From positions 64,001 to 128,000 of the forward strand of contig CBDCVK010000010.1 of the NCBI GenBank assembly GCA_965223005.1: DNA of 64,000 nt, in the 5' to 3' direction. The DNA comes from Terriglobia bacterium. GTDB taxonomy: Bacteria > Acidobacteriota > Terriglobia > JAJPHL01 > JAPKYU01. The translations under genes were made by a program, and so were the position numbers. Positions 48,701-56,865 of this stretch are shown piece by piece. Each line of letters opens with the position of its first letter. Positions within the stretch are counted from its first letter, which is position 1. The notes under the pieces were generated by a model. The model was not told the DNA's origin. It saw only the letters and a list, made by a program, of their open reading frames with translations, and made no database searches.

Positions 48701-50234
48701 GGAAAGGACTGGCCGTGGGGAAATCGGCCGAGGATGTAGAACCCGTCACGTGGGCGTTGCCGGAGCCGTCCACGGCGATGCTGGTGCCCCTGTCGGAGCT
48801 GCCGCCACCCAGATAGGTGGAGTAAACCAGGGCGCTACCAGCGGCATTCAATTTCGTCACAAAGGCGTCGAGCCCACCGCCCGTAGCGGGCTGGAGGGGA
48901 GTGGCCGTGGGGAAGTCGGTCGAAAAAGTAACGCCCGTCACGTAGGCATTGCCAGAGGTGTCCACGGCGATGCCGAAGCCGTCCTCGAAGATACTGCCGC
49001 CATCGCGCCTCCTTAGGTAGGTGGAATAAACCAGAGCGTTACCGGCGGCATTCAATTTCGTCACGAACGCATCCGAAGTGCTGTCGAGAGCGGACTGAAA
49101 GGGATTGACCGTGGGGAAATCGGTTGATTCCGTAGAGCCCGTCACATAGGCGCTGCCGGAGCCGTCCACGGCGATGCCCCTGCCGATTTCGCTGTCGCTG
49201 CCGCCCAGATAGGTGGAATAAACGAGGGCACTACCGGCGGCATTCAATTTCGTCACGAACGCATCCTGGCCGCCCCCCCCATCGGCCTGGAAGGGACTAG
49301 CCGTAGGGAAGCCCGTGAAACTCGTCTGGCCCGTTACGTAAGCGTTGCCAGAAGCGTCTACGGCGATGGCGAAGCTCCTGTCATTGCCGTTGCCGCCAAG
49401 GTAGGTGGAGTAACTCAGCACCGGATCAATGATGAGGGGCTGGCTGGCATCATACGCGGCCACGCGGAAGCCGACCTGGTGTCCACCGTTGAGCACGTAA
49501 TTCCCGGCGATTTCGCGCCGGACGCCGTCCACTTCCTGATAGACCAGAGGCTTGTGCTGGCGGACTTCTCCGCCAGGGGTATCAAGCAACAAATCGCCCT
49601 GGGCATCAATGCGAAGCTTCTCGACACCTTCAAAGCTGAGCGCGATGCCGCCCGGATCGGCCCCCGGCGCAACCACCAGGTCATACTCCAGTTGGCGCTG
49701 GTTGCCGTAGTAGACCAAATCCACGCCGGGGTAAACGTCCTCATATTGCACCTTGGCGTAGTGGGGGACGTTGGTGCGCCACTTGTCAGGGTCGTTGCCG
49801 AGGAGGTAGTTGCTCTTGCCGGGCAGTTCCTCCAACCCTGACGCCGGTGGCGATGGGTTGGCCCCAACCAGCTTCATGCGCAGCACCGCTTCCTCCGTGT
49901 CCCCGTTGCTCTCAACCTTGCCAACCTCAGACGCAGCCGGTTTGCGCAAAGCAAGCACGGCCTCAGTAGGGGTCAAGAACAACGTGTAGCCGCTGCCCCG
50001 CGACAAGAAGTCCACGCGGCCGTCAGTCTGCCCCTGATTGGCTTCAAAGTTCAGGGGCAGCTTGCCGTAGGCCTCCGCAAGTTGCGGCTTGTTGGCCGCT
50101 GTGGTTTTGGCTGCGGAAGATGGCTTAGGAGCAAGGAGTGGGCCCGGATCGAACTCCATCAGGCCGACAGCAAGCAGCCCAAGGGCTAGCAGCGCCATTC
50201 CCGGTCCCACGCTACGAATCAAGGACCTGCGCAT
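45720..50234 (-). CDS. Large secreted SBBP beta-propeller protein with BACON/Ig-like and C-terminal TIGR03437 domains
   Basis: LPLNFEANQGQ N-domain; repeated YSTYLGG..IAVD.SGNAYVTG.T.S.DFPT..DAFVTKLN; CMWTATSNDGWITI BACON; GLAPGFVGLYQVN. Confidence 0.92.
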   Translation of the reverse strand: MRRSLIRSVGPGMALLALGLLAVGLMEFDPGPLLAPKPSSAAKTTAANKPQLAEAYGKLPLNFEANQGQTDGRVDFLSRGSGYTLFLTPTEAVLALRKPAASEVGKVESNGDTEEAVLRMKLVGANPSPPASGLEELPGKSNYLLGNDPDKWRTNVPHYAKVQYEDVYPGVDLVYYGNQRQLEYDLVVAPGADPGGIALSFEGVEKLRIDAQGDLLLDTPGGEVRQHKPLVYQEVDGVRREIAGNYVLNGGHQVGFRVAAYDASQPLIIDPVLSYSTYLGGNGNDRSFAIAVDASGNAYVTGQTSFTGFPTASPFQADGGGGQDAFVTKLNAAGSALVYSTYLGGSDSEIGRGIAVDGSGSAYVTGSTESTDFPTVNPFQSALDSTSDAFVTKLNAAGNALVYSTYLRRRDGGSIFEDGFGIAVDTSGNAYVTGVTFSTDFPTATPLQPATGGGLDAFVTKLNAAGSALVYSTYLGGGSSDRGTSIAVDGSGNAHVTGSTSSADFPTASPFQASKGGDTSDSDVFVTKLNAAGNALVYSTYLGGSSSEGGTNSIQLAVAVDASGNAYVAGTTTSTDFPTASPIQPAHGGGGTFIWDAFVTKLNASGTALVYSTYLGGSSHDYVEGIAVDAFGNAYVAGETGSDNFPTANPIQATRNGSPNDAFVTKLNAAGSALVYSTYLGGSSGDMTFGGGIAVDGSGNAYVTGDTTSTDFPTATPFQSTKTGGSDVFIAKISDVAAGCMYSIAPTNESFPASGGSGSVAVMAPDGCMWTATSNDGWITITSGESGRGTVAYSVAANGSSSRTGTMTIAGQTFTVTQAGTAPVSALTVSPQALSFSGAVGDPSAQQALQVGSDAGTVNWSVAATLLNGTAWLTVSPGSGSATLQQPETVTAEVNFAALTTAGVFQAVITVTDTDTGFSVAVPVQAVVTSPGGQLLLDQTAFLFRVVEGGFAPPAQTLRVLNNGTESLNWSLSALPSWLTASPASGTAGVGAPQASAITLAANPSGLAAGVLQVLVTVSAPGASNNPQLFTATLQVSPTATPATADISPNGMLFVAEQGGALLAEQDLTVSNAGGGTLTAVFEASTSSGGDWLMVSPSSGTASGGPFTTQVSVNQAGLAAGVYEGTITATFSSGVPQQVGVLLIVTPPGSALRTQAVGPPRTAQCAPSGLQLLATTIGNGLSLPVSFPRVLAAVTVDTCGTVVSDATVLASIEGLNISLRSLGDGFYTGTWTPVSEAAEVTVTFVALHSSFATARRSFTVSTAAAPGAVELPVLFPDGVVEGAGFAPRRPLAPGGIISLFGARFATENNFATQLPLERDLAGDSVRIGDRDAPLYFAGPGQINAQVPFETRPGDDVGVTVNVGDLLTSPQNYRIAPVQPGIFIAGENAAILDASFQLVTAQNPVRDGDTIQIFCTGLGAVQEQVETGAPAPSFSTVQLPVTVTIGGLEAAVAYQGLAPGFVGLYQVNVVVPAGVAPGGAVPLVLTQNGIVANPDKPVTIPVQAP

Positions 50235-50299
50235 GGCTGTTCTCCCCTCAGAGGTGAAGGACCAAAGATTATCGCCTGCCGGGTTGCATGTCCAGGAAA

Positions 50300-50335
50300 G
50301 CCGGATAGGTCCTGACTAGCGGGTTAGTGTTTACC
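50300..50335 (-). repeat. Island motif copy D
   Basis: Reverse complement GGTAAACACTAACCCGCTAGTCAGGACCTATCCGGC, closest to copy A. Confidence 0.7.
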
Positions 50336-50473
50336 GACCAAGTTCCACTTGGCCGTATAGTCGGCTATCCGGACAAGTGACCGATTGGTGCCAGCTTCTC
50401 CCGAAAACGGCGTTCTGGAAATTCCAGGGTCTTGGTGGGCTCCCCTTGGTGGTGCGCTGTGGTAGTCCGCTAA

Positions 50474-50764
50474 TCCTGCAAAGCCCGCCCGCAGAAGACC
50501 TGGCGAAGTGCATGGCGAGCATTAACAAAGGCTGCGGGACTCAAGGGGCTCAGATTCCATGACCTGCGGCACCAATGTGTAACTGAACTCCTGGAGAAAG
50601 GCGCACCTGAGCAGACCGTCATGGCTCTTGCTGGCCACGTGTCCAAGCGGATGCTGGAACACTACAGCCACATTCGGATGGAGGCTAAGCGGGGGGCCGT
50701 CCAATTGCTCACACCTGAAGCCGCAGACGAGGCAGAAAAGGCCGCTATTCCGAGGCCCAACTGA
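50474..50764 (+). pseudogene. Tyrosine integrase C-terminal remnant next to tRNA
   Basis: RPQKTWRSAWRALTKAAGLKGLRFHDLRH...LAGHVSKRMLEHYSH; no start, N-terminal part missing. Confidence 0.88.
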
Positions 50765-50837
50765 GGGTCCGTGTGGAACTTTGTGTGGAACTCAGCCCTG
50801 CGAATGGAAGCAGCTACCGGCAAGCTGCTGAAAAATA

Positions 50838-50914
50838 TGGTAGGCCCGAGCGGGCTCGAACCGCTGACCTCTACCGTGTCAAGGTAGCGCTCTAACCAAC
50901 TGAGCTACGGGCCT
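50838..50914 (-). tRNA. tRNA-Val (GAC)
   Basis: AGGCCCG..TAGCTCAGTTGGTTAGAGC..CTACC-TTGACAC-GGTAG..GGTTCGAGCC..CGGGCCT-ACCA cloverleaf. Confidence 0.97.
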
Positions 50915-51086
50915 ATTGTTGATGGTTCAATCACTGGGCTTCGGAAGATTCTACCACGGTTCGTCTCGCCTCCGAGTTTGCTGCACAGGTCTGGCAAGAT
51001 GGAGAGAAGCCAGAGTCTAAGTGGTGGAAAAGAATCTGTGGGAAAAAGGAATGCTCCGCTGAGGATCCGCGTCAACTCCTGTAGTC

Positions 51087-52082
51087 TTACAGCAAGCGAA
51101 AGGTCACTTCGATCTGGGCGGACACGGGAACCGGCCGTCCGTCCTTCATGCCGGGCTTGAACTTCCACTGGAGCACGGCTTCCACGGCTTTTTCGTCCAG
51201 GCCCAAGCCAAGGCTGCGTTTCACGCGGATATTGCGGACCGCGCCGTGAATGTCCACCACGCAATAGATCAACACCGTTCCCTGGTACTTAGCCTTGCGG
51301 GCCTCTTCGGTGTACTCGGGCTCGACACGGTAAATCAACTGGGGCGCACTGACGCCGCCACCCGCTCGGAACACTCCGCCGCCGATGCCGCCACCCGATC
51401 CCGGTCCAACACCGCCGCCTCGTCCGGACCCGACACCGCCACCGTACCCAGAACCGATCCCGCCACCAGCCCCGGGACCACTGGAAGGCGGACCCAGCGC
51501 GCCTAGCGGATCGCCAAACTGCGCAATGTTGGTCTGTGGCAGCTTAATGTCGGGCGGGACCAGCAGCGTGGGGTCCACCGCCAGTTCCGGGTCTTCGTTG
51601 CGGATGATCACGGTGGGGGGCGTTAACTGTTCCATGGCAAACCTAGGCAGGCGCCCCTTGGAAGCCGGTTCGGGCGAGCGGTCGCCTCCGCCCCCACCGC
51701 CGCCGGACTCTTTCGCTGAGGCGGGCAACTGCGACAGGTACGGAGATATGTCAAGGACCTGGGCAAGTTTGTCCTTGGCGTCGACCCCCACCTCCACCAC
51801 TTTGGGAGCGGCGAGCACCAAGAGCGCAATCAAGATCCCATGAAACAACAACGACGTCGGCCCGGAGATCTTTCCGTAGCGATACTCCCCCCAGATGTCT
51901 TTCACCGCAACCGGCCGGGACGTCACCCGCAGGGGCGGTGGCTTCTTGGCAAACAGCCATTGGATGTTGCTCTTCAGGGAGAGGTACCAGGGCTCGTCGG
52001 TCTCCACCAGCAGGCGTCGCAGGTGCAGGTTAGGGTCATCCGGCGAAAGCCGGGTGCGACGAGGAGTGGCCATATTGTCCAT
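51087..52082 (-). CDS. tonB: Energy transducer TonB
   Basis: TM anchor SLLFH, Gly/Pro-rich linker, PEYTEEARKAKYQGTV..GLDEKAVEAV.QWKFKPG. Confidence 0.9.
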   Translation of the reverse strand: MDNMATPRRTRLSPDDPNLHLRRLLVETDEPWYLSLKSNIQWLFAKKPPPLRVTSRPVAVKDIWGEYRYGKISGPTSLLFHGILIALLVLAAPKVVEVGVDAKDKLAQVLDISPYLSQLPASAKESGGGGGGGDRSPEPASKGRLPRFAMEQLTPPTVIIRNEDPELAVDPTLLVPPDIKLPQTNIAQFGDPLGALGPPSSGPGAGGGIGSGYGGGVGSGRGGGVGPGSGGGIGGGVFRAGGGVSAPQLIYRVEPEYTEEARKAKYQGTVLIYCVVDIHGAVRNIRVKRSLGLGLDEKAVEAVLQWKFKPGMKDGRPVPVSAQIEVTFRLL

Positions 52083-52384
52083 TAGAACGGATTGCCTCTG
52101 GCGGCCGTTAGCCGCCCACGGCTCCCTCCGGAGCCGATCTCTCCGAGCAGCGCGACCCCACCATCGGCCGCCCGGCCAGACTGGGCACGCCACTCAAGAT
52201 GTACCAAACTCCCGCGTACTTGTCCAGGGGGCCCGTCTCCCATACTCCCATTGTACACCGGCTCGCGCCCCCCACAAATCCAAGGGGGGGCACCCACTAG
52301 GTTAGACGCGACTTCCGCCACAAGAGTTTCGCAACCTGTGACTACCGGCTGGCTTGCCGGTCCGCCGATGCCACAGTCGCCCGA

Positions 52385-52393
52385 TGCTATAAT
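52385..52393 (+). promoter_or_regulatory. Extended -10 promoter of ileS operon (TGCTATAAT)
   Basis: Perfect TGnTATAAT about 40 nt before ileS ATG. Confidence 0.65.
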
Positions 52394-52435
52394 CGAGCAT
52401 TGCGCCCTGCGTAACCGGAGCAGCCCGGAGCAGAT

Positions 52436-55321
52436 ATGAAAGCCCCAGTGGACCTGAAGCTCACCATCAACCTGCCGCGAACCAAGTTCCCTATGAAAGC
52501 CAACCTGCCCCAGCGCGAGCCCGGGGTCCTGGAACGCTGGGAACGCGACCGGCTCTACGAACGCATCCGGCAACGACGCCAGGGCGCGCCGCTTTTCATC
52601 TTGCACGACGGGCCGCCCTACGCCAATGGCAAGATCCACTTAGGCACGGCGCAGAACAAGATCGTCAAGGACCTGATCGTGAAGTCGCGCACGATGGCCG
52701 GTTTCGATGCTCCCTTCGTACCCGGCTGGGATTGCCACGGCTTGCCCATTGAGATCAAGGTGGACCAAGAACTGGGCGAACAAAAAGCGCAGATGTCGGC
52801 TTACGAGGTTCGCCAGCACTGCCGCCGCTACGCCGAAAAATACGTGCACCTGCAACGCGAGGACTTCAAACGGCTCGGCGTCTTCGGACAGTGGCGCGAT
52901 CCCTACCTGACGATGAGCGCCGAATACCAAGCCACCATTGCCGGGGCTTTCCTGACGTTCTTGGAGAGGGGATACGTCTACAAGGGCCTGAAATCAGTGC
53001 ATTGGTGCATCCATGATGTGACGGCACTGGCCGAGGCCGAAGTGGAGTATGAGGACCATGAAAGCCTGTCGGTGTGGGTGGTATTTCCCCAGGCCGCAGG
53101 CGACTCGCAACGCTTCGGCCCCAATCTGCGCGCCATCATCTGGACGACCACGCCCTGGACGCTGCCGGCCAACATGGCCCTGACGGTTCACGCCGACTAC
53201 GCCTACGTCATCCGGGAGGCAAGCGACGGCCACACCTACCTGCTGGCCCGTGAGCTGGCCGGTGCCGTGGCCGAAAAGACCGGCCTCCAGTGGGGCGCCG
53301 TCCGAGCAGAAGTGCGCGGCGGGGAACTGGAGGGCATGCGGTTCCGCCATCCTTTCGTCGAGCGCGAGGTGCCGGTAATCCTGGGGCCGCACGTCACGTT
53401 GGACCAAGGAAGCGGCATCGTGCACACCGCTCCCGGGCACGGCTACGAAGACTACGTGGTCGGTAAGCGGTACGGCATCCCGATCTATTGCCCGGTGGAT
53501 GGGCACGGTCGCTTCACCCCCGAGGCCGGAGAATTGGCCGGTCGCCAGGTCTTTGAGGCCAACCCGGAAGTCGTCCAGTTGCTGCGTGCGCGCGGCATGC
53601 TGCTGGCCGCCGAGCAGATACGCCACTCCTACCCGCACTGCTGGCGCTGCCACAACCCCACCATCTTTCGAGCGACCAACCAGTGGTTTATCGGTATGGA
53701 ACACAACGAGCTGCGGCGGCGGGCGATGGAGGAAGCGGGAAAAGTGAAATGGTCCCCGGCCTGGGGAGCCGAGCGCATGTCACAGATGCTGGCCACTCGG
53801 CCTGACTGGTGCATTTCCCGCCAGCGCGTCTGGGGCGTGCCCATCGTGGCCTTCTACTGCGAGGGTTGCGACGACCGGCTCGCCGATCTGGCCGCGCTCC
53901 GGCACACCGTGGCCATCTTCGCCCGGGAGAGCGCCGACGCGTGGTACTTACGGCCGGCGCGCGAATTGCTGCCTGAAGGCACCCAGTGCACCCGCTGCAG
54001 CCGCGGCGAATTCCGCAAAGAGAGCGACATCCTGGATGTGTGGTTTGACTCCGGCTCCAGCCACCTGGCCGTGCTGGGACACAGCGACGAGCTCCCTTGG
54101 CCAGCCGACCAGTATGTCGAAGGCGCCGACCAGTATCGGGGTTGGTTCCATAGTTCGCTGCTGGTCGGGCTGGGGGTGCACAACGCAGCACCCTACCGGC
54201 AGGTAACCACCACCGGCTGGGTGCTGGATGCGCAAGGACATGCCATGTCCAAGTCGCTCGGCAACGTGATCCTGCCCCAGGAAGTCTGGCAAAAGTACGG
54301 GGCCGAGATCCTCCGCCTTTGGGTGGCCTCGGTGGACTTCCGCGAAGACATGCGCATCTCCGAAGAGGCGCTGAGCCGCCTGGCCGAGGCCTACCGGAAA
54401 ATCCGCAACACCTTCCGGTTCGCCCTCAGCAACCTCTCCGATTTTTCGCCAGAGCGCGACGCGGTGCCCGCCAACGAGCTACGCGACCTGGACCGCTGGG
54501 CCCTGGTCCGGGCGGCTGAGCTGGTGGAATGCTGCCACGTCTGGTACCGTGAGCAGGCTTTCCACAAGGTCTATCACGCCGCCTACGACTTCTGCACCGT
54601 CCAGCTCAGCTCCTTCTACTTCGATGTGCTAAAGGACCGCCTCTACACCTCCCCGTCCGCCTCCCGCGCCCGGCGCAGCGCCCAGACCGCTTTCTATCTG
54701 CTCGCCGAAGCCCTATTGCGCGTTCTGGCGCCTGTGCTCTGCTTTACAAGCGAGGAGGCCTGGGGTTTCCTGCCCAAGCGGGCCGGCGCGCCTGCCAGCG
54801 AGCCTGATAGCGTGCACCTTACCGATTTGCCTCGCGGCGAAGAACTCACCCGTGGCATCACCGCCGCGCAGTTGGAACAGCTCCAGGATTGGGACCGTCT
54901 TCTGGTCGTGCGCTCCGAGGTCCTGAAAGCGCTGGAAGCCGCGCGCAACGATAAACAGATCGGCTCATCGCTGGAAGCGCGAGTGACCCTGGCCGCTGAT
55001 GGCGAGTGGAGCGGGCTGCTGAAGCAGTACCGCGCCGAGCTCCCGATGCTGTTCATCGTCTCGCAGGTGGACTTGGTTCAGGACGGGCTGCCAGCGCCGC
55101 AGCCCTCGCCGGTGCCTGGCGTGTTGCCGGGCACCGTGCAGGACGTGCTGCCGCGCGCCTTGGCGCCGGTGCGCGTCGCCATCCAGCGGGCCACCGGGGA
55201 GAAGTGCCAGCGCTGCTGGAATTATTCGGTGCATGTGGGCGAAAATAAAGAGTACCCCACGGTGTGCGAACGGTGTGCGGCGGCGCTTCAGCAAATCACG
55301 GCTTCAGGAAATGACGAATGA
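52436..55321 (+). CDS. ileS: Isoleucine-tRNA ligase (type 1)
   Basis: HDGPPYANGKIHLGT, WTTTPWTLP, DWCISRQR, AMSKSLGN, C-terminal CQRCW..CERC. Confidence 0.98.
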   Translation: MKAPVDLKLTINLPRTKFPMKANLPQREPGVLERWERDRLYERIRQRRQGAPLFILHDGPPYANGKIHLGTAQNKIVKDLIVKSRTMAGFDAPFVPGWDCHGLPIEIKVDQELGEQKAQMSAYEVRQHCRRYAEKYVHLQREDFKRLGVFGQWRDPYLTMSAEYQATIAGAFLTFLERGYVYKGLKSVHWCIHDVTALAEAEVEYEDHESLSVWVVFPQAAGDSQRFGPNLRAIIWTTTPWTLPANMALTVHADYAYVIREASDGHTYLLARELAGAVAEKTGLQWGAVRAEVRGGELEGMRFRHPFVEREVPVILGPHVTLDQGSGIVHTAPGHGYEDYVVGKRYGIPIYCPVDGHGRFTPEAGELAGRQVFEANPEVVQLLRARGMLLAAEQIRHSYPHCWRCHNPTIFRATNQWFIGMEHNELRRRAMEEAGKVKWSPAWGAERMSQMLATRPDWCISRQRVWGVPIVAFYCEGCDDRLADLAALRHTVAIFARESADAWYLRPARELLPEGTQCTRCSRGEFRKESDILDVWFDSGSSHLAVLGHSDELPWPADQYVEGADQYRGWFHSSLLVGLGVHNAAPYRQVTTTGWVLDAQGHAMSKSLGNVILPQEVWQKYGAEILRLWVASVDFREDMRISEEALSRLAEAYRKIRNTFRFALSNLSDFSPERDAVPANELRDLDRWALVRAAELVECCHVWYREQAFHKVYHAAYDFCTVQLSSFYFDVLKDRLYTSPSASRARRSAQTAFYLLAEALLRVLAPVLCFTSEEAWGFLPKRAGAPASEPDSVHLTDLPRGEELTRGITAAQLEQLQDWDRLLVVRSEVLKALEAARNDKQIGSSLEARVTLAADGEWSGLLKQYRAELPMLFIVSQVDLVQDGLPAPQPSPVPGVLPGTVQDVLPRALAPVRVAIQRATGEKCQRCWNYSVHVGENKEYPTVCERCAAALQQITASGNDE

Positions 55322-55403
55322 GAGGAGTGATGAGTCCCTCAGAAACATCGTTCTTAACACCCGGAATGCCTGACGTTTCATTCCTGGCTCTGCACTCTAA
55401 CCA

Positions 55404-55958
55404 ATGCGCGGGCTCCACTTACTAATTGCGCTGGCGGTGTTCACGCTGGACCAGGCCACCAAGGCCGTCGTCGAAGCCCGGATTCCTCTGCATGACGTCC
55501 GTCCGGTCATCCCCGGGCTGTTTCAGCTCACCCACGTGAAAAACCGCGGCGCTGCCTTCGGCCTCTTTGCTGACTCCCCGTCCGAGCTGAAGATCGTACT
55601 GCTGATTGCGGTTTCCGTGCTGGCGCTGGGCCTGGTGCTGGTGCTGCTGTGGCGCCACCAACCCGGAGCTTGGCCCGGAGCTTGGCGCACCGGGGTGGGA
55701 CTGGCGCTGATTTTAGGCGGCGCCACTGGCAATTTGTTTGACCGGCTGCTCCATGGCAGCGTGGTGGACTTTCTGGACTTTTACGTGCGAAATTATCACT
55801 GGCCTGCATTCAACGTGGCTGACAGCGCGATTGTTGTCGGGGCCGGATTGCTGGTCCTGGACATGCTTCTCAGTCCGACCCCCAGGGTCGAGCCCAAGCT
55901 AAGCGAGGGCCAAGCGAGGGCTAAGCGAGGGCCAAGCGAGGGCCAAGCGAGGGTTTAG
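55404..55958 (+). CDS. lspA: Lipoprotein signal peptidase
   Basis: DQATK, NRGAAFG, GNLFDR, VVDF, FNVAD. Confidence 0.96.
   Translation: MRGLHLLIALAVFTLDQATKAVVEARIPLHDVRPVIPGLFQLTHVKNRGAAFGLFADSPSELKIVLLIAVSVLALGLVLVLLWRHQPGAWPGAWRTGVGLALILGGATGNLFDRLLHGSVVDFLDFYVRNYHWPAFNVADSAIVVGAGLLVLDMLLSPTPRVEPKLSEGQARAKRGPSEGQARV
55901..55955 (+). repeat. 5 x 11-bp tandem repeat AAGCGAGGGYY
   Basis: Units at 55901, 55912, 55923, 55934, 55945. Confidence 0.95.
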
Positions 55959-56750
55959 TTGTACCCCAAGCTATTCACCATCGGCGATTTTGTCCAGCAC
56001 ACCTACGGCCTGCTGGTGGCTTTGGGTTTCGTGGTGGCTTTGTGGTTCGTCACGAGGCTGGCGCGGCGGGACGGCCTGGATGCAGACCGCGTCTTCAACC
56101 TCGCCGTTTACTCGGCTCTGGCGGGGTTCCTGGGGGCCAAGCTCCTGTTCTTGGTGACCGACTGGGAACATTACATGCTGAATCCTCGACAAGCGCTCTC
56201 TTTGCAGTCCCTGCAGGCGGGCGGTGTGTTCTACGGGGGGTTTCTGGGCGCAGTGATTTTTGCAGCCTGGTACACCAGGCGTGCCCGGCTTCCGTTTTGG
56301 AAAACCGGTGATGCCGTCGTGCCGGCTGTGGCGTTGGGTCACGCAGTGGGCCGGCTTGGGTGCTTTTCGGCCGGCTGCTGTTGGGGGACGCCTTCCACTC
56401 TACCCTGGGCCGTTACCTTCACCGACCCCTATGCCCACCAAACGTTCGGCGTGCCTCTGGGCATCCCGCTGCACCCAACCCAATTGTACGAAGCCGCTGC
56501 CGAGGCGCTGATCTTCCTTTTCCTGCTGTGGCAACGCAAGAACAAGAGCTTCGACGGGCAGGTTTTCGTGCTGTATCTGGCGCTCTATGGCGCGGCGCGT
56601 TTTGGGCTGGAATTTCTTCGCGATGACCCTGAGCGCGGCTTCTTGTTCGGCGGCTTGCTTTCCACGTCCCAGTTCATCGCCCTACTCTTGATCGCGGCCA
56701 GCGCCGTCCTGTGGTACTGGAAGCGGACAGCGCGGGCGGCCGCCGGCTAG
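55959..56750 (+). CDS. lgt: Prolipoprotein diacylglyceryl transferase
   Basis: YG, GG.FYGG, GRLGCF, HPTQLYE, RF.LEFLR. Confidence 0.95.
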   Translation: MYPKLFTIGDFVQHTYGLLVALGFVVALWFVTRLARRDGLDADRVFNLAVYSALAGFLGAKLLFLVTDWEHYMLNPRQALSLQSLQAGGVFYGGFLGAVIFAAWYTRRARLPFWKTGDAVVPAVALGHAVGRLGCFSAGCCWGTPSTLPWAVTFTDPYAHQTFGVPLGIPLHPTQLYEAAAEALIFLFLLWQRKNKSFDGQVFVLYLALYGAARFGLEFLRDDPERGFLFGGLLSTSQFIALLLIAASAVLWYWKRTARAAAG

Positions 56751-56865
56751 CCGCCTCACGCGGGGCTAACGGGCTTGCTATCAATAACTTGCTTTGGAGC
56801 TTTCTTTGGGTTCTGAACAGGGGGTTCTGGACAGGCGGGCCGCGCTGTTCCACACTAAGTTTGTG

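Larger units (their letters stand above)
43243..50885. mobile_element. tRNA-Val-integrated island 1
   Basis: Bounded by the tRNA and its 48-bp duplicate; integrase sequences at both ends; SBBP cargo. Confidence 0.85.

Noticed and set aside
48100-49420. Regularly spaced ~27-bp repeats (GGCATTCAATTTCGTCAC) resembling a CRISPR array
   Set aside because: They are coding SBBP repeats (DAFVTKLNAAG), spacing is far longer than CRISPR spacers, and no cas genes are present
51340-51500. Low-complexity repeats in tonB
   Set aside because: Ordinary Gly-rich linker of acidobacterial TonB proteins
52200-52435. T-box riboswitch before ileS
   Set aside because: Extended -10 lies about 40 nt before the ATG, leaving no room, and no T-box sequence is present
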